Shown here one piece after another: positions 1 through 11,038 of a stretch of DNA of 64,000 nucleotides. The DNA is taken from NCBI RefSeq assembly GCF_963921235.1, contig NC_086097.1, forward strand, positions 246,390,001 to 246,454,000, in the 5' to 3' direction. Both the position numbers and the translations under genes were made by a program. The notes under the pieces are model-generated. The model saw only the letters and a list, made by a program, of their open reading frames with translations, was not told the origin of the DNA and did not search any database. This stretch comes from Mobula hypostoma. Its lineage: Eukaryota. The stretch's first letter is position 1; each line of letters opens with the position of its first letter.

Positions 1-112
1 ACACGGTCTCAAGGAACTGCAACTGAATGCACTTGACACAAATGTAGTTCCCTGGAAGACCCTGGGTCTCCCAGGACTCCAACATCCGGCATGAAGAACA
101 TACAATCGCCAT
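1..112 (-). mobile_element. CR1 LINE ORF1 N-terminus (zinc-finger region), running off the window edge; its probable 5' UTR extends to about 510
   Basis: The minus strand from ATG at 112 reads MAIVCSSCRMLESWETQGLPGNYICVKCIQLQFLETV, a CxxC...CxKC pattern typical of CR1 ORF1. Confidence 0.6.
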
Positions 113-281
113 TTATTACACTAGGTACAGTCAGAGAAAACAAAATATGGAACCTAACAGAAACCTACCAATGGTTATTGCGAACAAACAGGAATTCTGC
201 AGATGCTGGAAATTCAAGTAACACACATCAAAGTTGCTGGTGAACGCAGCAGGCCAGGCAGCATCTGTAGGAAGAGGTGCA

Positions 282-315
282 GTCGACGTTTCAGGCCGAG
301 ACCCTTCGTCAGGAC
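282..315 (-). ncRNA. Minimal type I hammerhead ribozyme (Penelope-associated)
   Basis: The reverse complement reads GTC-CTGACGA-AGGGTCTCGGCCT-GAAAC-GTC-GAC: CUGANGA box, stem II AGG/CCU, GAAA, GUC cleavage triplet, stem I GUC/GAC. Confidence 0.85.
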
Positions 316-342
316 TAACTGAAGGAAGAGTTCCTTCAGTTA

Positions 343-376
343 GTCCTGACGAAGGGTCTCGGCCTGAAACGTCGAC
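343..376 (+). ncRNA. Minimal type I hammerhead ribozyme (Penelope-associated)
   Basis: CTGACGA 346-352, stem II 353-365, GAAAC 366-370, GTC 371-373, stem I GTC(343-345)/GAC(374-376). Confidence 0.85.
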
Positions 377-824
377 TGCACCTCTTCCTACAGATGCTGC
401 CTGGCCTGCTGCGTTCACCAGCAACTTTGAAATGGTTATTGCGAGCCTAAGCCTCCTTTGAGCCAAAGCCTGACACTTTTACTCTCACCACTGGCTTACT
501 CCCAACAACAGCTTGTCCCTTCTAATTTTGGGCTGGGAATCCATTGGCCATATTTCCAAAGTTTTCATTAGCAAAGTAGTGCCAATTCCAATTTCAGACA
601 ACATTTTGCATACATTGAATTCAGAAATTGTACATGATATGATTAACTTTAGGTTAGTTGTTTTGAAGCATTAATTGCACTTTGAAATTAATATAATCCA
701 AGCTTAAAACAGAGAACATAGAATGAATAAACTCTTCTTGGGTTTCCATCCGTGTACAGATATTGATTTTAACCAACGTTCTGATGACAAACTCTAGGAA
801 AGCACTAGACCCTTTTTCAGAGAA

Positions 825-1200
825 AATAGAACATTGCAACACAGTACAGGCCCTTCAGCCCAAAATGTTGTGCTGACCATTTAAGGTACTCCAACATCAA
901 TCTAACTCTTCCTTCCCACATAGCCTCCCTTTTTCTAACAACCAAGCGCCTATCCAAGAGTTTCTTAAACATCCCTAATATATCTGCCTCTACCATCACC
1001 CCCAGCAGGACGTTCCACGCACCCACAAATCTCTGTGTAAAAAAATTACCTCTGACATCCCCTCTATGCTTTCCTCCAATTATCTTCAAGCAATGGTTCC
1101 CAACCTGGGGTCCATGGATCCCTTGGTTGATTGCAGCGGTCCATGGCATTAAAAAGGTTGGGAACCCCTGTCTTAAAGGTAATGACCCCTTGTATTAGCA
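825..1200 (-). mobile_element. CR1 LINE 3' fragment
   Basis: ORF 817..1149 contains the CR1 C-terminal motif RGNFFTQRFVGAWN..EAD..FKKLLD and ends in a TTCTAT-type tail. Confidence 0.85.
1091..1170. mobile_element. 80-bp hAT (Charlie-like) MITE inside CR1
   Basis: TIRs CAATGGTTCCCAACCT / AGGTTGGGAACCCCTG; 8-bp TSD TCTTCAAG (1083-1090) / TCTTAAAG (1171-1178). Confidence 0.8.
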
Positions 1201-1814
1201 ATTATTTGAAAATTAATTATTATATTATGTAATCTGACTCTGAATGTTACAGACTCTAATCAACAGGGGGCACAGACATGTTGTGCCTACTTTGGATCCC
1301 ACAGTGATATCACTCCACCTGATACACCCATGAGAATGAAACAAGAAACAACTGCTAAAACAGGATTGTACTGACAAAGAGATTCCACAAAAATGTTAAC
1401 CGGCCTTTTCCCTTTCAGATGCTGATGGGCCTGCTGTGTATTTCTGCTTTTACTAATATCATAAACAAGATGCCTTTAATGTTTCAATGGATTTCAATTA
1501 TAGGTGAGATACTGAAATATATGGAAGGTGGGGGTCCAGGTGTGTGGGGACAACTAAAGCCAATAGAATTTAATTACAGTGGTTCAAAATCTATATGTGA
1601 CTGCATTACCTAGTGTTGTTACTAAGATTTGTTGATGCACTTCTGTAGTCAACAGTCATTGTTCTGTGGCAATTAAATATCTCGCAGTTAAATACCAACC
1701 ACATTACCTATCCCCTCTGAGGACATAAAACCAAGGAGGCCTGGGAGACCTTAACAGTATCTTCAAAAAATGCATCTAGGTGGTCTCTTCATAATTAACT
1801 CATAAAGTTGCTTG

Positions 1815-2190
1815 TACTTGATGGCATTAATATCGATTTCTCCTTCCAGTGGACAATTCCTCCTCTCCCCATTCCCAACTCGGGCCTTTCACTTCTTCTC
1901 ACCTGCCTTTTACTTCCCCCTGGTGCCCCTCCTCCTTCCCTTTCTCCTATGGTCCACTCTCCTCTTCCTTCCTCTTTAGCCCTTTACCTTTCCCACCCAC
2001 CTGGCTTCACCCATTACCTTTCAGCTAGCCTCCTTCCTCTTACCCCATCTTTTTATGTGGACATCTCATTCCCAAAGAAGGGTCTTATCCTGAAACATCG
2101 ACTGTTTACTCATTTCTGTGGAGGCTGAGTTCCTCTAGTATTTTGTGTGTGTTGCTTTGGATTTCCAGCATCTGCAAAGTGTCTTGTATC
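1815..2190 (+). mobile_element. Old Penelope-like 3' fragment with a decayed hammerhead (about 2071-2104)
   Basis: GATGGCATTAATATCGATTTC (end of the GIY-YIG ORF), pyrimidine-rich UTR, AAGGGTCTTATCCTGAAACATCGAC, CCAGCATCTGCA tail. Confidence 0.75.
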
Positions 2191-2452
2191 TGTGAGTTAC
2201 TTCTACATTGTAGTATTACTTTTATATTTATATTTATTGTGTTTTTATATACTGTACTACAGCCGGAGTAACGATCAATTGTTTTCCTTTACACTCGTGT
2301 ACTGAAGAATGACAATAAACACACCTGAATTTTGAACTGAGTCCTCAATTACATCCATGTTAGAGTTTTTGTTTAAATTGCTTTCACAATATGAATATTT
2401 GTTTCAAAATTCAGAAGGCATTCACACAAAGTTTGCTGCATTCCACATCCGC

Positions 2453-2900
2453 ATTAAGGATGGAGAAGTTTTAGACAGAGAGCAGAGGAAATCTGCCTGG
2501 ATTGGAGAGCATGTTTTATGAGGATAGGTTGAGTGAGCTAGGGCTATTCTCTTTGGAGTGAAGGAGGATGAGAGGTGACTTGCTAGAGATGTGCAACATG
2601 ATAAGAAGCCTAGACAGAGTGGACAGCCAGGGACTTTTTCCCAGCGTGGAAATGGCTATTATGAAGAGGCATAATTTTAAGGTGATTGGAGGAAAGTATT
2701 CAGGGAAAGTCAGAGGTAATTTTTTTACACATCATGTGGTGGGTGTGTGGAAGAGGCAAATACCTTCGGGACAATTAACAAACTCTTGCTACAGACTGGC
2801 ACATGGATGAAAGAAAAATGGGGGGGGCTCTGTGTGAGGGAAGGGTTAAATTAATCTTGGAGTTGGTTAAAAGGTCAGCACAGCATCACGTTCTCTGCTC
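2453..2900 (+). mobile_element. CR1 LINE 3' fragment
   Basis: ORF 2568..2810 MRGDLLE..GHNFKVIGGK-like..NFFT. Confidence 0.85.
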
Positions 2901-3002
2901 TGTGAACTGCACAGCAACATGCTGGAAACTGCATTCAGAATATCATCTCATCTTCTGATTCTCTCAGTAATCGTGCAGATTTACCATCTGATCCAGCTAA
3001 AG

Positions 3003-3321
3003 AGGACCACAGCCTCTTGTGGCTTGGAGATTTGCCTGCCTCAATCACCCAGAGAGCTGTGTTGGCTGGAGTCAGGACTTTATGCTTTGGCTCTTCGTAG
3101 GGTCACCCATGCCAAACAGGTCAAAGTGGCCCTCCAGATTCGAGGGTTCAGCACAAGGCTAACAACTCTGAGCGGTCAAAGAAAACTGTTATGGAAAGAG
3201 AAATGAAGAATCCTTCTACATCTGTGTGTGAAAATATGATGGCCAAGGACAGAAAGAGTTGGAGAACATTCATTGCTGCCCTAAATGCCAGCAGGCATAA
3301 CAGGCAGTAAGTAAGTAAGTA
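3003..3321 (+). mobile_element. RTE-derived bipartite non-autonomous retroposon
   Basis: 5' part resembles RTE/Expander 5' UTRs (GCCTCAAT..CCCAGAGAGCT..GTAGGGTCACCCA); 3' part encodes AKDRKSWRTFIAALNAS (RTE C-terminus) and ends in (GTAA)n. Confidence 0.55.
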
Positions 3322-3577
3322 CTATCATATTCTAGTGTAAACTGCCCTTATGCCATTTCAAACTAGGTGTTAAAAAAACATACCTCTGACGTCCCCCTAT
3401 AATTTCGTCCTATCACCTGAAAATTATGCCCACCTACCATTTCCACCCCGAGAAAAAGGTGCTGACTGCCCACTCTAACTATGCGTCTTATCTTATTAAG
3501 TGTTATAAGGTGATAAGAGTTCAAAGAAGGGTGCCAGCCTTTCAAGGCAGGATGTTCACAACAACATATCAATGGCT

Positions 3578-3585
<8 letters not shown>

Positions 3586-3615
<30 letters not shown>
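3586..3615. repeat. (GA)n microsatellite
   Basis: Direct dinucleotide run. Confidence 0.95.
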
Positions 3616-3616
<1 letters not shown>

Positions 3617-3894
3617 ATCGGCATTCTCTGGAAAGGACAATGGAAATCCAACCAGTCCACAGGTGCAACTTTGAGTCTGGAATTGAAACTGGAATTAGAA
3701 TTGGTTTATTATTGTCACGTGCTGCGGTACAACTGTAAAGCTTGTCTTGCATACTATTTATACAGTCAATTCATTACACAGTGCACTGAGGTAAAACAAT
3801 AACAGAATAACAGAGTGCATTGAACTGCTGCTGCTAAGTTAACAAATTTCATGTCACACGCCAGTGATAATAAACCTGATTCTGATAATCACCA

Positions 3895-4330
3895 CCATCG
3901 AGGTCATGCTCTCTTCTCGTTGCTGCCATCAAGAAGGAGGTACAGGATCCTCAGGACTCACACCACCAGGTTCAGCAACAGTTATTACCCTCAACCATCA
4001 GGCTCTTGAACCGGAGGGGATAACTTTACTCACTCTCACTTGCCCCATCACTAAACTGTTCCCACAACCTCCGGGCTCACCTTCAAGGACTCTTCATCTC
4101 ATGTTCTCGATATTATATTCCTTATTTATTATATTATTATTATTATTTCTTTTTTCTTTCTCTTTCTTGTATTTGCACAGTTTGTTGTTGCTTTTTGCAC
4201 ATTGGTTGTTGTCTGTCCTGTTGGGTGTGGTCTTTCATTGATTCTATTGCGTTTCTTGTATTTGCTGTGATGCTCACGAGTAAATGAATCTCAGATTTGT
4301 ATATCGTGCATTTGATAATAAATTTACTTT
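3895..4330 (+). mobile_element. Rex1/Babar-like LINE 3' fragment
   Basis: GHALFSLLPS.RRYR..RFSNSY-type coding end, then 3' UTR with GATAATAAA. Confidence 0.7.
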
Positions 4331-4699
4331 AGAGTTTTGAGAATAAAGTGTTACAGTTACAGAGAAAGTGCAGTGCAGGCAGATGAGATGCAAGGTCAAA
4401 ACGAGGTAGATTGTGAGGTCAAGAGTCTATTTTATCATACCACAGTACATTCTTTGTATGAGAATGATCAAAATGTAATATAAAGCAGGTAAAAATACTA
4501 TGTAAAATCCCTTATAAGACAAATTGGGTAGAAATACGATACAGGAAATAGCAGATGTGTTAAGTTCATTCCTCAGATTGCTTTCACAAATGAAGATGGT
4601 GGATGAGTTCCAGATTGCAACTAACTTGAGAATTAATAATTTCGTGGTTAGGAAAACATGTGTCCAGAAGAAATAGAAAAGCAATAAATAAATATAGGA

Positions 4700-5433
4700 C
4701 ACCTGGGCCAGAAATGATACATCCTAGAATTCCTAAGGAAATGAGTAAGGAAGCAGGTGAGATTCCAGTGAATGTTTCTTAATTCTTTTGGGATTGCCTG
4801 TGTAATGGACAGATGGAGAGATTAAAATAAGCAACGGTGGTTTGAGGCAAGTCAAGAAATCATCCAAGATCCTCCCTTTGTCACATCTCTGTCCAGAAAA
4901 ATCTGGGGGATCTCATGGAGAGGATCCAGCGGAATTTTCTGAGAATTACCCTGAGAATGAAAAAGTTGACATACGAGGAACCTTTGATGACTCTGGCCCT
5001 GTACTTGCTGGACTTTGGTAGAATGGGGAAGGGGAAGGAACCTCATTGAAACCTATCTAATATTGGAAGGCTCAGATAGAGTGGATGCAGAGAGAATGTT
5101 TCCTATAGTGTGGGAGTCTAGGACCAGAGGGAACAGCCTCAGAATAGAAGAACGTCCATTTAGAATTGAGGTGAGGAGGAATTTCTTTAGTCAATGGGTG
5201 GTGAATCTGTGGCACTCATTGCCACAAATGGCTGTAGAGGCCAAATCATTGGGTACAGTATATTTAAAGTGAACATTGATAGGTTCTTGACTAGTAAGGG
5301 AGTCAAAGGTTATAGGGAAAAGGCAGGAGAATGGGGCTAAGGGGGATAATAAATCAGCCATGATGGAATGGTGCAGCAGATTTGATGGGCAAAATGGCCT
5401 AATTCTGCTCTTATGTCTTATCGTCTTATGGTC
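4700..5433 (+). mobile_element. CR1 LINE fragments
   Basis: ORF 5015..5272 DRVDAERMFP..TRGNSLRI..RRNFFSQWVVNLW; (TCTTATGG)n tail. Confidence 0.85.
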
Positions 5434-5619
5434 TAAGAAGTAACAAGTGACAAAATCCATTGGGCTCTGTGACAGAAATAACATGCCTGTCTCAAGCAAG
5501 GGAATAGGTCTTGAAGTCAAAGAGATGATAATTAACTCCCACTTGATAAACCTCTTGGATTTTCAGTCAGTAACATCATCTATTAACTCGCCAATGACAC
5601 AACCGGTTTTGGTAGAATC

Positions 5620-6400
5620 TCAGATGGTCTGAGAAGGCTTGAGTGGTGTTACAACGGTAATGTTGTACTGAACATCAGCAAGACCAGGGAATTGACTGTG
5701 GACTTCAGGCAGGGGAAATTGAGGGAACACACCAGTCCTCAGTGAGAGTCAGCAGTGGAAAGGGTGAGCAGGTTGAAACTCCTGGGTATCAACATCGCTG
5801 AAGATCTATTGTGGGCCAAACACATTGATGTATTTATGAAGAAAGCACACCAATGGCTATATTTTAATAGGAGTTATAGGAGATTTGATGAGTCACCAAA
5901 GACTAGCAAATTCTATACCTGTACCGTAGGGAGCATTCCATCACCGTTTGGTATGGAAGTGCCAATGCACATGATTGGAAAAGGCGACAGAGAGTTGTAA
6001 ATTCAGCTAACTCCAACATGGACACAGGACTCCCCAACATCAAGAATATCTTCAATTGCCGATGCCTCAGGAAGGCGACATCCTTCATTAAGGATCCTTA
6101 CCATCCAAAACACGCCCTCTTCTCATTACTACCATCAGGGAGGAGGAACAGGAGCCCGAAGACACACACTCAACGTTTTAGGAACATCTTCCCCACCGCC
6201 ATCAGATTTACGAATGGACCACGAACCTATGAATGTTACCTACTTTTTGCTCTTATATTTTGTATTACTTATTTACTTTTTGTATATTTCCTATAGCAAC
6301 TTATGGTAATCTGCTATGCATTGCATCGTACTGATGCTGGAGAACAACAAATTTCACAACATACGGTATGTCAGTGACAATAAACCTGATTCTGATTCTG
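5620..6400 (+). mobile_element. Rex1/Babar-like LINE 3' part, degenerate
   Basis: ERVSRLKLLGINIAEDLLW..KAHQWLYF and CLRKATSFIKDPYHPKHALFSLLPSGRR; (TGATTC)n tail. Confidence 0.85.
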
Positions 6401-6620
6401 AAGTTGAAGGATCTGTGATCCCTGGTCAGTCTAGGTGAACAAGGGGGCCCAAAAGAATACCACCATCCAGATTCAAAAACTTTCAATTATTCATTTTATT
6501 ATGTCTAATCAACTACAGAATTTAACTTTAAAGGGGAGAAGACAGGGTACACCATCATCGGTTCAGATTCACAGTTTAAAGCTCAAACTTCATTTAATAC
6601 ATGTACATCAAAACATACAG

Positions 6621-6713
6621 TGACGAAGGGTCTCGGCCTGAAACGTCGACTGCACCTCTTTCTAGAGATGCTGCCTGGCCTGCTGTGTTCACCAGCAACT
6701 TTTATGTGTGTTG
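6621..6713 (+). mobile_element. Short Penelope-like insertion starting inside the hammerhead core
   Basis: TGACGAAGGGTCTCGGCCTGAAACGTCGAC...GTGTGTTG; short duplication AGTGA at 6619-6623 and 6714-6718, inserted into an older SINE-type tail. Confidence 0.85.
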
Positions 6714-7339
6714 AGTGAAATGCATAATCTGTGTTAACAACCAACACAACCTAATGATGCGGTGGGGGCAGCCAGCAAGTGTCGGGACACATTCCGGCGC
6801 CAACATAGCATGCCCACAATGCTCAACAGAACACAAAATGCACCATGTGACAAAGCTACAACTTTAACACCAGACTGCTTCTCCCTAACACACACACACA
6901 CACAGGCAGCCCTTTAACCCTGGGAAAGGCATTGGGGTTTGACTTCTCCGGTGGCCTCACAGATTCAGGCTCCAGCAGACTTCCGAACTTCCGATCGACC
7001 ACAGGACTCACCGATGGCGACGAATAAGACCCTGAACTCAAACTCACTGATGGCAGGACCCTCTTTGCCTGAATGGTTATCTAGCCATCTAGAACTGCAT
7101 TAGCCAATTTATACTAATACAGGCACTGGATATACTGATGGCTCCAAATGGGCTGCACTCATATTGGCACCGAGGGGATAACACATTTTCACAGCCATTC
7201 TTTCAAACTGAAACCTTCTTGAGTAGCTGATGATACTGAACGGCAGCCCAATATTTCTAAACCCAGAGGAGATGAACTATGGATTTATAGACCAATTACA
7301 GAACCACTTGAGACACAGATGTACCTAAATAATTTTAGA

Positions 7340-10020
7340 TCATAAGACATCGGAGCAGAATTAGGTTATTTGGCCCATCGAATCTGCTGATTTATTTTCC
7401 GTTTCAACCCTGTCCTCCTGCCTTTTCACTGTAACCTTGGACGCCCTTACTAATCAAGAACATATCATTCTCCGCTTTAATTATATCCAATGTCTGTGAC
7501 AATGAATTCCACAGGTTCATTACCCTCTGGCTCAATAAATTCCTCTGTTCCCAGACTTTTCCATAACACCATAAGACATAAGGGTGGAAGTAGGCCATTT
7601 AGCCCATCGAGCCTGCTCTGCCATTCCATTATGGTTGGTTTATTAGCCTCCTCAACCCCATTCTCCTGCCTTCTCCTTTGAATCCCTTTCTAATTAATGA
7701 CCTATCAACCTCCGCTTTAAATATACCCAATTATTTGGTCTCCACAGCTATCAGTGGCAATGAACTTCAAAGATTCACCATCCTCTAGCTGAAGAAATTC
7801 CTTCTCATCTTTATTCAAAAGGATCCTAGACTCTCTCACTATAGAGAACATCCTCTCCATGTCCATTCTATCTAGGCCTTTCAATACTTTACAAATTTCA
7901 ATATGAGATCTCCCCTCATTCTTCTAAATTCCGGTGAGTACAGGCACAGAGTCATCAAACGTTCCCCATATGTCAACCCTTTCATTCCCAGGATCATTCT
8001 TGTTAATCTCTGCTGGATCCTATCCAATGCCAAACACATACTTTCTTGGATATGGGGCAAAAGGCTTTTATTTCATACAACTGCTGAATTTACAGCGTAA
8101 TGTCTGTTATTGGGCTTCTCTTACAACAACTGTCTCACTCGATTTCCTGCCTTTTCCTTACATCCTTTTCAAATGTTGCATTTTCTGAGGGAATGATTAA
8201 AGATCACACAACTCTCAAGGGATGGCTAGCACTGGATTTAAAACAATCTACTTTGATGCGTTGAGGCTGAAAACAAACAAAGTTAGTGGCCAAAGGTTGT
8301 CATGAAAATATAATTTACACTGACGTGGTCCAGCTCTGCCTTTGAAGTATTCATGTATGAAAGCTGCAGAGAAAAATCTGCAACTTCAGTCTACACACTC
8401 AGTGGCCACTTTATTAGGTACACGTGGCGCAGATTTTGAGTGATGTTTCCGGGACTACAAAACATTGAGTGAAAAGCATCCTTTGTGTCAATGGCCAACA
8501 CAAGTTGAATATGTGCAGGGGACTGCTTGCAAATGTCTACATGCTTCCCATGCCAACATAGCATAGTCACAACTTAAAACCTGTTACCAATCTATATGCC
8601 CTATGACCACTTGTTCTAACCTCACTCAGCTTAAGGGGAAAAAGCCTGCATACATTCACTCTGTACCCCTCATAATTTTGTATACATTTACAAGATTCCC
8701 CCTCATTTTCCTGTGCTCCAGGAAGACCATATGACCATAAGACATAGGAACAGAATTAGGTCATCTGGTCCGTTGGATCTGCTCTAGCATGGCAGATTTG
8801 TTATCCTCCTCAACTCTATTCTCCTGCCTTCTCCCCGTAACTGTTGACACCTTCCTAATCATGAATTTATCAACCTCCACTTTAAATATTCTCAGTGACT
8901 TGGCCCTCACAGCTGTCTGTGGCAATGAGTTCCACAGAATCACTATCATCTGTCTAAAAAAATACATCTTCATTTCTGTTCTAAAGAAACGTCCCTCTAT
9001 TCTGATGCTGTGCCCTCTGGTGCTATACTCCCTCACATTAAGAAACATCCTCTCCATGTCCACTCTGTCTCGGCCTTCCAAATTCTACATGCGTCAATAA
9101 GATCACCCTTCATTCTTCTAAACTCCAGTGAGAACAAACCCAGTGCCATCAAGCGCTCTTCCTAAATTATCTCTTTTGTTCTCATGAGCCTTCTTTGAAC
9201 CCAATGCCAGCAAATCCTTTCTTAGATAAGGGGCCCAAAACTGCTCACAATACTGCAACTGCGGTCTGACCAACGCCTTATAAAGTCTTAATCCATACTT
9301 ACGTTAAGAGCAAAGGCATGTGGTAGGTGACAATTTGATGTGGTGCTGTCTTCAGTTTCAACAGCCTCCAGAATTGGTTTAACATCATTAATGGGTATTC
9401 TAATAGCAACAATGAACATAAACCAACTGTTCTACTTCTTATTATACAGCCGTAAAGTCATAGATCACTACAGCACAAAAACAGGCTCTTTGGTCCATTT
9501 AGACCGTGCCGAACTGTTATTCTGCCACATCTGGACCACAGCCCTCCATACCTCTCCCACTGATGTACTTATCCAAATTTCCATTAAATGTTGCAGTTAA
9601 GCCGTGTCCACCGCTTGTGCTGGCAGCTCATTCCACACTCTCACCGCCATCTGAGCTAAGAAAATCTCCTTCATGTTCCTCTTTAACATTTCACCTTTCA
9701 CCCTTAACCCATGACCTCTAGTTCTAGTCTTGCCCATGCTCAGTGGAAACATACCCTATCTATACTCTGCATAATTTTGTATATCCTCTATCAATTCCCC
9801 CTGATTCTCCGATGCTCCAGGGTGAAAAGTCCAAACCTATTCAATCTTTCATTATAACTTAGGTCCTCAAGTCCCGGAAACATCATTGTAAATTTTATCT
9901 GTACTCTTTCAACCTTATTTACATCTTTCCTGTGGGTAGGTGACCGGAAATGCATGCAATCCTTCAAATTTAGCCTCACCAACGTCTTGTACAACGTCAA
10001 CATAACATCGCAACTCAATA
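7340..10020 (-). mobile_element. Cluster of CR1 3' fragments (about 7340-8068, 8600-9290, 9460-10020)
   Basis: ORFs 8761..9081 and 9791..10081 (LYKTLVR..RKDVNKVERVQ..LGLFTLE-type); CCATAAGA tails on the plus strand. Confidence 0.8.
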
Positions 10021-10711
10021 CATTAAATTGATACAGATGCTTACCTTCCCCCCAACTCCCAGGAAATAAAAGATGTGTCAATTAACTTTTTTCCAAAAAA
10101 GCAGAATACTGCAGGATGTTGTAAATGGTAAGATATTTGTCACATAATATCACAGCTGGGGAGCTGCGATCAATTTAACACATCCACTTATTCCCAGTGA
10201 CTGAGACTGAATGTAATCAGATATCCAAAATTGCTTTTATTGGCAATAGCCCCATACATAACAGTTAAGACTGTCTCACACAGATCCGGCATAAACAGGA
10301 CACTTGCATATTTAAATCCTTCTTTAGACTAATGAAAGAAGATAGTGTCAAAAATAATTTTTATGTAACCTAACAAAAGGGGACCTAATGCCACATGGTC
10401 TCCAGCTGATTCTACTCACTGCAGTGCAGAGAAAGATCCCAAACTAAGATCAGTTTAAATTTATCTACTCCAAGAACATCGGGTACTGCAGAGCTACTCC
10501 ATCAGTGAGCTGCTTGTTGATCGGAGTAGCTGGGCTGGTGTCGGCGGCAGAGCAGCAGAGGTGTCGAAGGGGCTGGTTGGGATATCGGAGGAGCCAGTTT
10601 GGGTTCGGAGGAGCCGTCCCAGCTGCAGACCGTGTCGCTCCCTGCTACTCTGAAGCTTCACAGTTGGTGCAGTACCACCGTGAGAGATTGTCTCACGGAT
10701 ACTTCACTTGT

Positions 10712-10943
10712 GAATTGAATTGAACTGACTTTATTTCTTAAATCCTTCACATACATGAGGTGTAAAAATCTTTACATTCCGTCTCTGTCTAAATGTGCAA
10801 TGTGCAATTACAGTAATTTATAATAAATAGAACAGTCAATGTAACATAGAAATGCACTCAGATCAGCATGAGTTAATCAGTCTGAAGGCCAGGTGGAAGA
10901 AGCTGTCCCGGAGGCTGTTGGTCCTGGCTTTTATGCGGTGGTA
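10712..10943 (-). mobile_element. Rex1/Babar-like 3' end, cut off at the Penelope element
   Basis: The minus strand encodes RIKARTNSLRDSFFHLAFRLIN; (AATTC)n tail; related plus-strand copy at about 14000-14290. Confidence 0.75.
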
Positions 10944-11004
10944 ACACACATCAAAGTTGCTGGTGAACGCAGCAGGCCAAGCAGCATCTGTAGGAAGAGG
11001 TGCA

Positions 11005-11038
11005 GTCGACGTTTCAGGACGAGACCCTTCGTCAGGAC
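11005..11038 (-). ncRNA. Minimal hammerhead ribozyme
   Basis: Reverse complement GTCCTGACGAAGGGTCTCGTCCTGAAACGTCGAC. Confidence 0.8.

Larger units (their letters stand above)
184..430. mobile_element. Fold-back (palindromic) Penelope-like mini-insertion with a 14-bp TSD
   Basis: Perfect 100-bp inverted repeat 228-327/331-430 with spacer GAG. TSD AATGGTTATTGCGA at 170-183 and 431-444. Sequence matches the 3' end of the GIY-YIG element at 10941-12952. Confidence 0.92.

Noticed and set aside
131..466. ORFs 131..466, 234..461, 10957..11274, 12689..12901 and 57189..57383 (MLVNAAGQAAS.. / ..DAAWPAAF)
   Set aside because: These are translations of the non-coding Penelope 3' repeat on either strand, not genes.
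474..652. 59-codon plus frame ending at AG|GTTAGT
   Set aside because: No recognisable homology, it overlaps the probable CR1 5' UTR edge, and the acceptor is weak.
781..803. CTGATGA..GAAA hammerhead-like spacing
   Set aside because: No stem II pairing and no NUH/stem I. CTGATGATATGAAA near 42400 fails for the same reason.
1260..1273. CTCF-like TCAACAGGGGGCAC
   Set aside because: A single imperfect motif that sequence alone cannot support.
1405..1450. Apparent splice acceptor before ORF 1419..1613
   Set aside because: It looks like a decayed Penelope 3' motif (CAGATGCTG..CCTGCTG).
7131..7200. YTDGSK (RNase H-like) peptide
   Set aside because: A stop follows soon after and the spacing to the next motif is too short; probably chance.
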